Positions 1 to 11,633 of a stretch of DNA of 64,000 nt are shown piece after piece. Position 1 is the first letter of the stretch. Every line of letters begins with the position of its first letter. The DNA lies in assembly GCA_023231475.1 (NCBI GenBank), contig JALJEE010001766.1:1-64000 (forward strand). Reading direction: 5' to 3'. Position numbers and translations under genes: made by a program. The notes under the pieces were generated by a model, which worked only from the letters and a program-made list of their open reading frames with translations, was not told the DNA's origin and made no database searches. The DNA is from Seison nebaliae (lineage: Eukaryota).

Positions 1-232
1 TTGCAGTTCGTTCATTTGTTCCCAGATTTTATTGTTGAGGTTCTTGATTTCGATCGCTTTCTCGCGGATAGATTCGCGGATGTCCCAGTCGATTTAATAT
101 AATTCTCTTCCTTATTCTCCTTCTTCAGCTTTTCGATTCGCCTTGTGATACTGCACTTCGCACTACTTCGAAATTTCTTCAACTTACGCAAACCGGTTTC
201 ATTCTGTCCTTCCATGCTTCACAAGACCACTA
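1..232 (-). pseudogene. 5' end (PBS + gag start) of a second, tandem BEL/Pao copy; frameshifted, runs off the window
   Basis: 1-232 aligns nearly base for base with about 5190-5420 (MEGQNETGLRKLKKFRSS...). GATTCGCGGATGTCCC here versus GATTCGATTGTCCC in the other copy is a net +2 nt change that shifts the frame. Confidence 0.9.
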
Positions 233-553
233 TGTTACGGATTGTTTAGCGTTAATGTTGTGTTGTAGTTCGATCGTAGGGCAGAGTGAAACTCAAGTTG
301 CAGTGAGGAAGATATAACTTTATTGCAGAAGTTTTAAGATACGAGCGGAAATATGAGAAAATGTATAATCGATTGTCCAAAAAGTGAATCGTTTTTCTAT
401 CGTTGTGAAAAAAGGTAATAATCGTATGATTTCCCTCCTCCTGATGAGGAATTATTGACATGGAGACGTATACACTCTTATACTTAGGTAAAACAATATA
501 TTATTACACCGTCCATGTTTAATATATTGGCTTCGCTTAGTTGCTTAGCAACA
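233..553 (-). repeat. LTR (3' LTR of the full element and 5' LTR of the tandem copy), 321 bp
   Basis: TG...CA termini; homologous to 5421-5734; PPT on one side and a second PBS/gag start on the other. Confidence 0.92.
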
Positions 554-3500
554 CATCGCTTTCTCCTTCTCCTTCTAAAAAACATAAATTTTGGACTGCC
601 CGAATTCTCTTCTGTCGTAAACCATTTGTCATGCATTCCACTTCAACGGCCCGTATATTGTCTTCCTTGCCTCTTAGTAATTTAGCCACTCTTGCTAGCT
701 TCCATTTGCCACTGGGTCCGTCGTCGATTATCAAAACTACGTCTCCTGCTTTGATTTGAGTTCCCTTTTCTTTCCGATTTCGATGAAAGTCTTTTAAAGA
801 GGTAACGTATGTTTCTTTTAAAATCCTCTCCAATTTCTTAAACCTCTCCGTCCGCCTTTGAATTATAAGTTCCATGGGTATGCGTTGAATCTCGCTATAA
901 ACTGGTCGAGCTGGGCACAAAAAGTCATTCGGCGTTATGGCGGCTATAACGTCAGGGTCATTATTGAACGTGGATATCGGGCGTCGATTCATTAAACCTT
1001 CTATTTCGAGGATATTTGTGTTGAACTGATCCTTGGTGATTGACGTTTCCATTACAAGTTGTCTTAAATGGTTTTTAAGAATGCCGATTAAACGCTCATA
1101 AAAACCTCCCCACCACGGGGAACGAGGAGGTATAAAACGCCATTCGATGCTATTGCGCCAAAGGATTTTGTCGTCGTTAACGTCTGAAAAGTCAAGTCGG
1201 TCGCAAGCCTTACGGCATCTTACGAAGACGGCTGCGTTATCTGATACGTACGTTTTCGGAATTCCTCTTCTGGCCATGAAACGGCGTATTGCCAACATCG
1301 TCGCTTGATATGCTGCATCGGTCGTTGTTTCAAAATGCACTGCCCGACTGACAGCACAAGTGAACACCAATACAAAGCACTTAACCGTTTTTTCGATGAT
1401 GAATGGACCGGCGAAGTCGATTCCTGTGGTTGTGAATGGAGGACCTATTTCGAACCGAATTTCAGGTAATGGCCCTTCGATTTGGTTGATTCTCTTTCTC
1501 TTTACTCTCCTGCAATGTCGGCATTCGTGGATGATGCTTCTCGCCTTACTTCGTAGTTTCTTCATCCAATACTTCTGGCGGAATAGGTAGAGTAATTGAT
1601 TCAAGCCGGCATGATTGTTACTCGCGTGAATTTCGAAAAGTATTAAATTACCGACATTGGACTGATGGGGAATTAATATTAAATTACCATCATGGTGTTC
1701 TGTTTCAGAGAACCGCGTTACGACTGATATCAGACCGTGTTGGTATTCGATATTCATATTTCCATATTCCGACGATCTCTTGTTTAGATATTTCTTCTTC
1801 GTTGTTAGATGATCGATTTCGTTGCTACAATAATATTGTTGCAACAACTGAAGTAGCACCCTCTCCGTTCTTTCGAAGGTATTTGTCTTTATTTCGCTTC
1901 TCGTCATCCGATCGATGGCTCGCCTCACTTGTTGAAATACCGCGATTACCGTTCTCCATTTCGCAAAACTGAGTAGTTTGTCGATCGTGTCATTCTCTTT
2001 CGGTTTATCTGCTTGGACTAAGTTCATTGATAATTGTTCCGCTGTAGCGCCGTTACCTACTACGCTTTGAGACGGCCAATCCTCTTCTTTCAGTAGCCAT
2101 TGCGGCCCTGCTAACCATTCTTCTATTTTCCTCTTGGGTCGAGTGACTCCCCGTGAAGGTAGATCGGCGCAATTTAATTCCGATGGACAATATTTTATTG
2201 TAGTGCTGAACCGTCTAATAGCACTTACCCGTCTCCTGACGTATATATCTTTATGTTCCTTTCCGTTTAGGACCCGTTGAATATTGTCCTTCGAATCGCT
2301 CCAAAGGAAGGTGCGTGCCTCGTCGAATTTCCCAATCTCTCGAATCTTCTTCAACTCGTTTATCCCGAGAAGCATAGCGTCTAATTCGGATCTCTGGATG
2401 GAAGATTTCGGGTTTGCCAGTTTCGATTTAGATCTAATGAATTGCACGTTCCTCCCTACAGTATAGAAAGTGCATGCTTTGGCCTGTTGACTGGCGTCGG
2501 TGAAACAATGTAGTTCCTTGTCGTCTCCCCTGTCAATTGTTCGATTAATTGACAAATTTGAGAAGTTCTGGATGTCGGTCATTAATTTCACAATTTCGTT
2601 TATAGAATTCTCGTCTATTGGTTCATCCCATTTATATTTTCTTGTCCACAGCTTCCTTATTATCGATTTACCGCGTGTGAGAAAGGGGTTTATTATCCCT
2701 ATTGGATCATAGAATGACGCAATTGTGTGAAGGAGCTGTCGTTTAGTGAATATCGTTGAGACTTCCGGTATTCTTATTTGTAAGCGATCATCGGCCGTCC
2801 ACGTGATCCCGAGCACCTTTGTTTCTGTCAACTGCTGCTCGTTCCGACCTTTGCCCCAAAAAAAACCAAAACCGTTTAATACTTTCGTAACATTCTCAAA
2901 AATTTCATCTCTTTCTTTCAAGTTTTCGCCAAGAATGATTGCATCGTCCATATAGAATAACAAGTTTGATTTTGATATGGAATTGGGCAATTGTTGGATA
3001 ATCGATAGCAACACCTCTCTAAATATCGCCGGCCCGCAATTTAATCCGAATGGTAAACGACAGAAACGATATAATTCCACCTCGTTTCTTCTCCTTCTTA
3101 CTAGTGTTTGCAAATAATCTCGATCCTCTTTCCTGATGCCGATCTGCGTAAATGCCGCCGATATGTCTGCGACGATGACGTTTGGTCGCAGTCGGAACTC
3201 TAGGAGCATCTTCTCAATGGATGGGTATGTCATTCTTCCGTCGTCCAAATAGTCGTTCAGACTATCCTGCTGTTTAGATCCGTCAGCTGCATCGAAAACT
3301 AATCTCTGTTTCTGATTATGACTGATGACAAAACTTGGTAGAATATGAACGGGTTTATCTGTTCGTTCAATAATATTGTCCCCCTCCAATTTTTTCAACT
3401 CCGTCTTCATGAATTCGTTTTTACTTTCCGATTGATTGAACCATGTCGATTTCATTCGACCCATCACTCTTCTCAAATTTTGTGGTGGACGCGAATTATT

Positions 3501-4360
3501 CTTAAATGGTAGTGAAACGGTATAACGGTTATTCGTGTTTTCGATTGCTAATTTCCTTCGAAATTCGACTTCATAACTCCTGGAATTCTCGGTCTCCGTT
3601 TGACCTGTAGACGAGATATTTCTCCAAACCTCTTCCGCTGATAGTTGCATGACGGTTGTATTGCCGTTATTTGGCACGACTGTTCCCGAAACGATTGACC
3701 CAAAAATAGTGGGAATTACCATCAAATTCGAATTTGGTATCATTCGATATCCCTCTGTTCGGACGATGTCGTTGTAGCTATCAGCTCCGATTAGCACATC
3801 AATCTCAGGTTTTCCGCTGTTCTCGCGAATGTTCATGAACTGTTCCGTCTTCTGCATCTCAACGGGTATGTTTGCCATTGATAATCGACCAATGAATTCG
3901 ACTTCGAATGCTTTTACTTTCAGTGTAATGTCGCCTTTTTCAAGATTTGCGACAACTATGGGTACTTCTTCAAAGTTCGTTCTATTGCCGTTGAATGAGT
4001 CGATGGAAAGGTTCCGGGTTTTGCCTGTAAATTTCGCGATTCGGCGGGATGCATCCTTCGAGATGTACGACTTATTGCTGCCCGAATCGTATAGGATGTT
4101 GATGGGTTCGTCAGAATTTCCGAGGCGTATCGTGCTTTGAATCACTTGATCTTCCGTCGACGAGTGGATGACAAGCACGTTCTCTTGCGGACGATTTCTT
4201 GGCTGTTGACACAAAGATGTGTGATGTTTATTGCCACAATTGTAGCATCTACTTTGTATACGACAGTTCTCGACAGAGTGATTGCTTCTCAAACAATTCA
4301 CACACAAATTTCTCTCCCTTACCTTTTGTCTTCTACCTTCTACCACAAATGTTACATCCT
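537..4360 (-). CDS. pol: BEL/Pao polyprotein: C-terminal zinc knuckles, aspartic protease, RT, RNase H, integrase
   Basis: LCVNCLRSNHSVENC and CYNCGNKHHTSLC knuckles; ILYDSGSNKSYI protease; RLPFGLNCGP and FYMDD RT; CFTDAS RNase H; H..H..CRHC, GIDFAGP, SDNA and WWGGFYERL integrase motifs; stop codon lies inside the 3' LTR. Confidence 0.95.
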
Positions 4361-5403
4361 GTTGCATTCCCGCTAGAGCCTCTCGTCGATTCTTTCCTAC
4401 CATACGTCCGATCCTCATTATTTCCCCCTAGTTGGCGATTGTTTTGGGACATCCTTCCTTCTTCTCGATGTGCCTTGAAGGATTCCTCTTCCAGTAACTG
4501 TATTAGATCCGTAATAGATGGTTTTTCTATGTTCATCGTTTTGGAGGTCCATTTATTCCGTATTCCCGGATCGAGCTTTTCCACCAGCAACGGTACTGCC
4601 ATAATCTCATATTCGTTAGCGTTCACATCCAATGATTGTAAATTGCGCACATATTTATTGAGTTCTAATGAAAAAAATCTAATATGGTTCGCTGAAAGAT
4701 TTCTCATTTTTTGGAAGATTTTTTCAATGAGCAATTTGCGGTTTCCAAAATATCGCTCTAGGATATCCTTTGTAGTCGAGTATGACGCGGCGTCCATGGG
4801 AATTCCTTCGGTAGCGCGCGCTGCTTCGCCTCGTAGCATTGACCGTAGATAACGGTGCTTCGTAACCGTAGGGATATTGTTGTTTTTATCGATGGTACTT
4901 TCAAACTGTTCCTTGAACTCAATCCATTTTTCTTCATTACCGTCGAAGTAAAGCAATTCCAGCGGAGGGAGCTTTGTGTATTCCATTCCTTCCGTAGTGT
5001 AAATCAAATCGTTAGATTTTTCTGCCACTGTCTCATCGGTTATGTCGGGTCGTACTCTTCCGAAGGTAAAATTTAGTTCACTTCTTCGTCTTTCATCTTC
5101 CTTTCTTTCTTTTATTTCTGATTCATAATCGATTATTAAATCTTCGAGATCTTCGAGATAAGTCGTTATCTCTTCCTCGTCATCGTCGAATTGTAGTTCG
5201 TTCATTTGTTCCCAGATTTTATTGTTGAGGTTCTTGATTTCGATCGCTTTCTCGCGGATAGATTCGATTGTCCCAGTCGATTTAATATAATTCTCTTCCT
5301 TATTCTCCTTCTTCAGCTTTTCGATTCGCCTTGTGATACTGCACTTCGCACTACTTCGAAATTTCTTCAACTTGCGCAGACCGGTTTCGTTCTGTCCTTC
5401 CAT
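4333..5403 (-). CDS. gag: BEL/Pao gag (DUF1759-like)
   Basis: KLPPLELLYFDGNEEKWIEFKEQFESTID...KHRYLRSMLRGEA...ILERYFGN is typical BEL gag; ends in a truncated CNIC knuckle. Confidence 0.92.
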   Translation of the reverse strand: MEGQNETGLRKLKKFRSSAKCSITRRIEKLKKENKEENYIKSTGTIESIREKAIEIKNLNNKIWEQMNELQFDDDEEEITTYLEDLEDLIIDYESEIKERKEDERRRSELNFTFGRVRPDITDETVAEKSNDLIYTTEGMEYTKLPPLELLYFDGNEEKWIEFKEQFESTIDKNNNIPTVTKHRYLRSMLRGEAARATEGIPMDAASYSTTKDILERYFGNRKLLIEKIFQKMRNLSANHIRFFSLELNKYVRNLQSLDVNANEYEIMAVPLLVEKLDPGIRNKWTSKTMNIEKPSITDLIQLLEEESFKAHREEGRMSQNNRQLGGNNEDRTYGRKESTRGSSGNATGCNICGRR

Positions 5404-5420
5404 GCTTCGCGAGACCACTA

Positions 5421-5734
5421 TGTTACGGATTGTTTAGCGTTAATGTTGTGTTGTAGTTCGATCGTAGGGCAGAGTGAAACTCAAGTTGCAGTGATGAAGA
5501 TATGACTTTATTGCAGAAGTTTTAAGATACGAGCGGAAATGTGAGAAAATGTATATCGATTGTCGAAAGTGAATAGTTTTTTCCTATGTTAAAAAGGTAA
5601 TAAATCGGATGATTCCCCTCGCCAGATGAGGGATTAATGACATGAAGACGTATATGTTCTTATACTTAGGTAAACAATATATTATTAGACAGTCCATGTT
5701 TAGTATATTGGCTTTGCTCAGTTGCTTAGCAACA
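5421..5734 (-). repeat. 5' LTR, 314 bp
   Basis: TGTT...AACA termini; homologous to 233-553. Confidence 0.92.
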
Positions 5735-6190
5735 GATGCATTATCGCGTTACCCAATAATGCTTAATTTACAAGCATCAGATTATATCGATCATATTCTA
5801 AGGATATTGAAGGAAGAAAAAATCACAAGTGCGGAATTATCAGTAATGATGAACCATGAAAGATTCCGCAAGTTATACAATCAACGAAAACACTTGTTCC
5901 TCAAAGACGAGGAAATTTTTATTAAAATAAACCAAGAAGTAAAAAGAATAGTTCGACCAGGAGAAACAAGAAAAATAATTCAAGAAGAACATAACATGGG
6001 ACATTTCGGAGTCGATAAAACAATGGAAGCAGTAAAACGAGACTATTACTGGCCCAAAATGAGAAAAGATATAGAAACAATTATTAAAGAATGCGAAGAG
6101 TGTGAAATGAATAAAGCACCGAAGAACAAAAGCCAATATTTAACGATAAGAAACGATATCACGTACCCTAATGAAAAGATAAGTATTGCC
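5735..6190 (+). pseudogene. Ty3/gypsy pol remnant (RNase H end + integrase zinc-binding domain), interrupted by the BEL element
   Basis: Starts DALSR immediately after the LTR; HNMGHFGVDKTMEAVKRDYYWPKMRKDIETIIKECEEC HHCC motif; breaks off at KISI, before the first catalytic Asp. Confidence 0.85.
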
Positions 6191-6739
6191 CCCAACTGCA
6201 AATAGTTATTTCTGTAGGTTTAGTAGGGATTCTGTAGGCCGAAAATGAATTTTTTGATTTTCAGTTTCGTTCGTCGATTTATGAGCGAGGGGCGACCCAA
6301 ATTTTCTTTTCTACGATCGGGCGTTACCTCTCAGATCTTGCAAATTCGTCCCACTGTTGCCAAAGAGACACCTAATTCTTTGGAAACCTACCTCATAGTT
6401 TTATTCCCTTTATAGGTCTGTAAAATGGCTGACTGTAAATCTTCACTTACTTTTTTTGATTTAGTCATTTTCAAATTATGCGTGTTTTATTTTAAAAAAT
6501 TTCAATTCTTAATATAGTCCTAAAAATAATATTAAAACAGGTCAAAAAGTTTTGTCTCACAATTTATGAATTTTTTTTGAAACTTTTCTTGATAAATTTC
6601 TAATACATGGGATTTCCTATGTTCCACAATTGATGAAACACAGTGTATATATTCTTGAATATGCTCAAAAAATATTATGTAATAAAAAATATGTAATTTA
6701 CAATATGCTTTTCCTGTTCAAAAAATCCATAAGTCCTAA

Positions 6740-7210
6740 ATATGAGATGTTGATGAAATTTAGGTAAATTAGTTGAAGATCTTTGAGTGGAAATATTTCA
6801 GTTGGGTATAGAGGAATAACAACAAGAAGATGGTAAACAAATAATAAAATGGTATGCTAAATAATAAAGTCCATTGTACATAGGAATTTGGAAAAAAAAT
6901 TTCCAACCTTTAATTGGATGCGACAAATTAAAGAGTTGTTGATGGAGTAGTGGGAGGTGTATGTCGATACGATCTGAATTGAATCGAGGTGATTCGAATG
7001 TTTGAAAGAATTTCTTCATTTGATCATGACTCATAAGAAATGCCAACAACTAAATTTTTAGAAGGTATGTAACACTCTGTGACAACCTCATAAGGTCGCT
7101 AGAATGAATAGAGAAGCGGTTGCTGCATGTAGGTAGACATTATGTACATAGAACACTTGAAAGGAAGACAAAACATAGATACAGTTTCACTACAGAGAAT
7201 TGAGAAGTAA
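6740..7210 (+). pseudogene. possible very degenerate gypsy RNase H relic
   Basis: Across shifting frames, KELL/GVVGGVCRY, SSFDH and IEHLKGRQNIDTVSLQRI resemble the EKELLA..TDH..I.Y.KG..N..ADALSR motif order; many stops. Confidence 0.35.
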
Positions 7211-8610
7211 TTTATCTTATTAATTCAAGGTTGGTGGATAGAGACGCAGAGCTAAACCAAATTAAATAAATTTATTTTTTTAACTACCCAATACAAAAAA
7301 TGTATTGATATTGTGTTCGACGTATACCGACGTATACATACTAGACTGTAGCAACGATGATGTAGAGTGTTAGTTAGCATGTCAGTATAATAATTCAATT
7401 TTTAAATTTTTATAAAATCTCTTGCTGAGATAAATATATATGAGAAGTTGATTATGATGTAAGATGAAAAAAGACTATAAAATATCTAGGAAAATGCTGC
7501 CCTATCTGTCTAGATGTGCAATGATCACAATTAACTTATGAATAATAATAAAATTCAAAAAATGATGTCTTAATCTAAATGTTGGGTAGGAATTAAATAG
7601 ATTTTCTCAACTATTCTAATTCAGTTAGTACACGAAAAGTATATCGTTGTCAATATACATCCATTATTTCTCCCATTATAATTATTGATAATATAAATCA
7701 ATTTCGTAATATAACAAACTTCATTGAATGAGAAGGGGCCACAATAGGCCATCCCTCTACGTCATGATTGTAAAGGATGTTTATATAAAGAAAATGTTTA
7801 TAATGAAAATAAAATGGACCACTGATTCCACCATCGCCATACAGACATGTGGATATCTACAGACATTCATTTATAATTATTCTCCGATCATATAGCGTCG
7901 ACACTTATGTGTATATTTTCACGTAGCTGAGGCGAATGGTGTAGTATGGGTCATACATAGTCATTCGGCTTGAATGTTCGTAGTTAACATTGAAATATTT
8001 TCTTTCTTTCTTCATCCATGTCCCTCGTGCATAGACATGGGGCAGATCTATGATGATGAGAAGAAGGAAGAATTGAATTATGAATATAGTATGCTTGTCA
8101 TGAAATTTGCATTATTCATTTTAATTTAATGAAAATGCTGCCTGTCTGCACTTTTCGATGATTTTGAGAGAAAGTTCCAAACGGCAGTAGAGAAGAGAAC
8201 AATATAGAGGAGATGTATATACAGAAATTATTGAGAAGAGGATGCGTTTGTCTTCAATTAAATACTTCGCCATTTGGTTCTTTTCTTGTATGTATTGCTA
8301 TAAAAAAAATGGGAGAATGGTCAAAAAATAGGAAGAAGAGGAATTAAGTAGGAAGGAAACGAAGAAGAAAGAATTTCAGGCGCTATTTCGTTCATTCAAT
8401 GCCATTCAGAGATGAATGAGAGATATTATTACATAAAATAGCCAAGGAAAGAAAGGAGCGATTGGAAGACAAGAGAGAGGCATAAGGAAACATTACGTAA
8501 AATTTCTGAATTAATGTCTACAAATAATAATAGGAGGAATAATAATAAGATTTTGTTCTTTATCAAATAGATTTTATTCTTCTCCTTCATCAAATCATTT
8601 TCATCACATA

Positions 8611-10827
8611 ATGACTACAGCTGTGTCTGTAGCAGTTGCAGATAAGAAAATGACTACAAACGAAATTGTACAGAGTAAAATATCAACATCCTTAGAATTG
8701 TCTAGATTATTCTATGTGTTACATCAACGGTCCAACACAATAACAACACCGACCCACTCGCCAATCACTGTGACAGACAAGGACATGGATCAGACGAGTG
8801 AGATAAAACCTTCCCAAATCAATATAATTCCATCGAACACATCCTCTATAGCCCAAGTGAAAAAAGAACCCAATTCTCCCAAACCCACGAGATCTCCCCG
8901 TCAAACCCAACATCCGCCGAATGAGAGATTTGTGGTGGACGATAATGTCGTTCCTTCCAAATCGTATCATCCAATCTTATCCAATTCTGTCATATTGGCC
9001 AACGGTATTGTAGGTGGAGGGAAATCCAAACGGAAAATTGATGACACTTCCAATAGACCTGTGAATTTTGAGAAAGAAAAAAAACCGTTCATGAATACCA
9101 CGGTCAAATGCACCGACTCCAAACAACAACAACAACAACTCCAAGAAGAGAAGACGATAGCGAAAATAAAGAATTTGAGGTCGATCGTATCGTCTGGTAT
9201 TCAGACGATAGATAAAATGTTATTAACATCATTTATGAATAAGAGAATCGCATCTTTCGATATTTCCGGTGAGAAATGTTTATGGTTCAATCAATTGATG
9301 GAAGAGTTCACTTTCACTTTCGATGACGTTGAGAATTTACATGTAAATCTTATAGAATGTTCCGTTCTTCAACTTCTCTTTCTCGCATTAACCAAATCGA
9401 ACGGTTTATCCAATTACAAGTTGATACGATTATCCGATGCTTATCGAATTTTATCTTACAAGAATCTTATCTTACAATCACCACAACCACAAATCAAGGA
9501 AACTGTTGAATCGTCAAAAGATAAATTTCTGATTTATCATGACGTTTTTGGTTTCAAGACAATCGGTGTCGTCTCTCTCAATTTGTATTCGAGTGACAAC
9601 TCGCCATGTATCAGATGTGAGAAATGTCTCGAATATTTTGCTCCACCTGATTTCATCATTCATTCTCATCAACAGGATTTCACTTTTATTTGTTGGGGAT
9701 TCCACACAAAAAATTGGAGACGTTACATTTATCTCCAGAACCATAACGAAGCGTACAATTTCTTTCAGATGACATTGTTGAAACAAAGATTCGATATCAC
9801 TTCTCCATTGAATAGCAACATCTCGACCGATTTGAGTAAATCGAATGTTTCCAATTTGAATAATATTCTCACGAATTCTGTTAAAAGAAATGTCAATCTA
9901 TCCAATATTAGTGAAAAAGAGAAGAAGACGAAAGAGACGAAGGAGAATAAAATTGAAGTTAATCAAAGTGTGTTGACTGAACCAACTCAAACTCTATCCA
10001 TTCCAATCATTACCACTCAACAAATACCGTCGACAACAAATGAGACTGCATTAACAACAGAAAACATGATGAGAAACAGTGACTTTCCCATTGAAAATCA
10101 AATGCAATATATTGATGAATATAATAAGCAAATGATTAAGAATAAATTGAAAGCGATTTTACAAGTTCAATATAATTTGAGTCAACGTCGGACAGCTGAA
10201 TTATCGAATCAGCAGAACAATATTGTTATTCCCATACCCGTTCATCCGACTTACACATCTATCAGTATGCCAATGGGAAATGAAATGATTCCAAACACCA
10301 TCCAAGTAACAACGAACCAACCAATAATGTTCGAGATGGCTCCCGCTCAAACTCAAATGCCTAATCCGGATATGAATAATTTGAAGAATGTGAATAACGT
10401 TAATGAAGCGACTGATTATCCTGAAGTGAAACGTTCCCGATTATCTGATCAGAGATATACTACTAATAATAAAATTTCAGGAATGCATTATTTGACAACT
10501 GAGGAATTTGAAAGTTCGTTGTTTATTATTCTTGATATATCTTATTCATTTATTTTTCAGACACGAATGATATTTATGGAATAATGTTGAGTGCAATTGA
10601 GAATTTAGTGAAAGATCTTCCAGCTAAAGAATATCTTGCCAATCTATTCTTGCGATTGTCAAATGTTGAACAATCGAAAGAACGTGAATCACTCCGACAG
10701 CAAAATAAATTACTCCAAGTTATTTTTTCATTTTTATTCGTCTCAATTTATTTAGTAGACAATTAAAAAATTGAATGAAGATTATGCGGAACTTGTTGAG
10801 GAGGTTAATCGATCAAAAATTAAATGA
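8611..10827 (+). CDS. ski: Ski/Sno family transcriptional corepressor; introns 10514-10560 and 10719-10758
   Basis: DHD-like RIASFDISGEKCL; SMAD4-binding domain YHDVFG...PCIRCEKCLEYFAPPDFIIHSH...CWGFHTKNWRRYI; C-terminal coiled coil. Confidence 0.85.
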
Positions 10828-11633
10828 GAAACTTCGACAATCAATTATCGAGTTACGTAGAAGGAGTTATCTTGTACAATTCGAGCAATCTACAATTGAC
10901 GATATTTATTTTTAATATTTAACTCTTCCTGCCAAATATTTTGGTGATGATCTGGTGAAAAATATTTATTTGCAAAGTTCTTGGCAGTATATGTTGTAAA
11001 TCTTTTTTAAATTTCCAAACAAAACAAACAGAACAAACCCTTAAAAAGTGTTTAAACTCGGTGTTTCAAATATTTCTATTTTATCACAATATTTATTTTA
11101 ACCTCCAACTATATGATGTTCTGTCTTAATGTGACTATAAAAAGAATTGGGCTTACATTATATCATGTACATTGTACAGTCAGATTAGACAATGAAAAAA
11201 AAGTTATTAAAGAAATTTTATACGTACGAACAATTTTGGGGAAATGAATATTGGGTAAAATATTAATTTCCATACTTTCTTTCTATTACCGTTCTATTCA
11301 TTTTACGATTCATCAAGCATAGTCTAATTATTTAAGTTTTCTTTTTTATTTTTCTTTTATTTCAACTTTATATTTCGCCCATTCTAATCATTGTATGAAG
11401 TCACAATAATTTATTGATTAAAAAATTTTATTGAATTTCTAGTTATCGTTGTTAATTGGAACAAAATAAAATTTATTAAAAATCAATTTGAAGATGAATG
11501 AAGAATTAGAATGAAGTTAAAATTTCTTGAAAGTAATTTAAAAATGAGAGTTTCAAAATGAGAATAAAATATGAGTTCGCAATTCGATTTCTTTCGATTA
11601 GTACAAACGGAAAAAACTGAACAACGAAATTAA

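Larger units (their letters stand above)
233..5734 (-). mobile_element. BEL/Pao LTR retrotransposon, about 5.5 kb
   Basis: Direct repeats at 233-553 and 5421-5734, both TGTT...AACA. TGG-starting PBS-like site 3 nt inside the 5' LTR (TGGTCTCGCG from 5417). Polypurine tract AGAAGGAGAAGGAGAAAG (minus strand, about 559-576) just before the 3' LTR. gag-PR-RT-RH-IN order. Confidence 0.95.

Noticed and set aside
4333..4418. Programmed ribosomal frameshift between gag and pol
   Set aside because: No slippery heptamer, and the first zinc knuckle is incomplete, so a deletion fits better
5404..5417. Assigning the PBS to a specific tRNA
   Set aside because: TGGTC start resembles tRNA-Tyr-type sites but the match is short and differs between the two copies; it matches neither tRNA in the window
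541..5505. Many + strand ORFs inside the retrotransposon
   Set aside because: Antisense shadows of gag/pol with no motifs
5642..6205. 187-aa ORF as a real host gene
   Set aside because: The first about 31 codons are BEL LTR sequence fused by chance to a gypsy fragment
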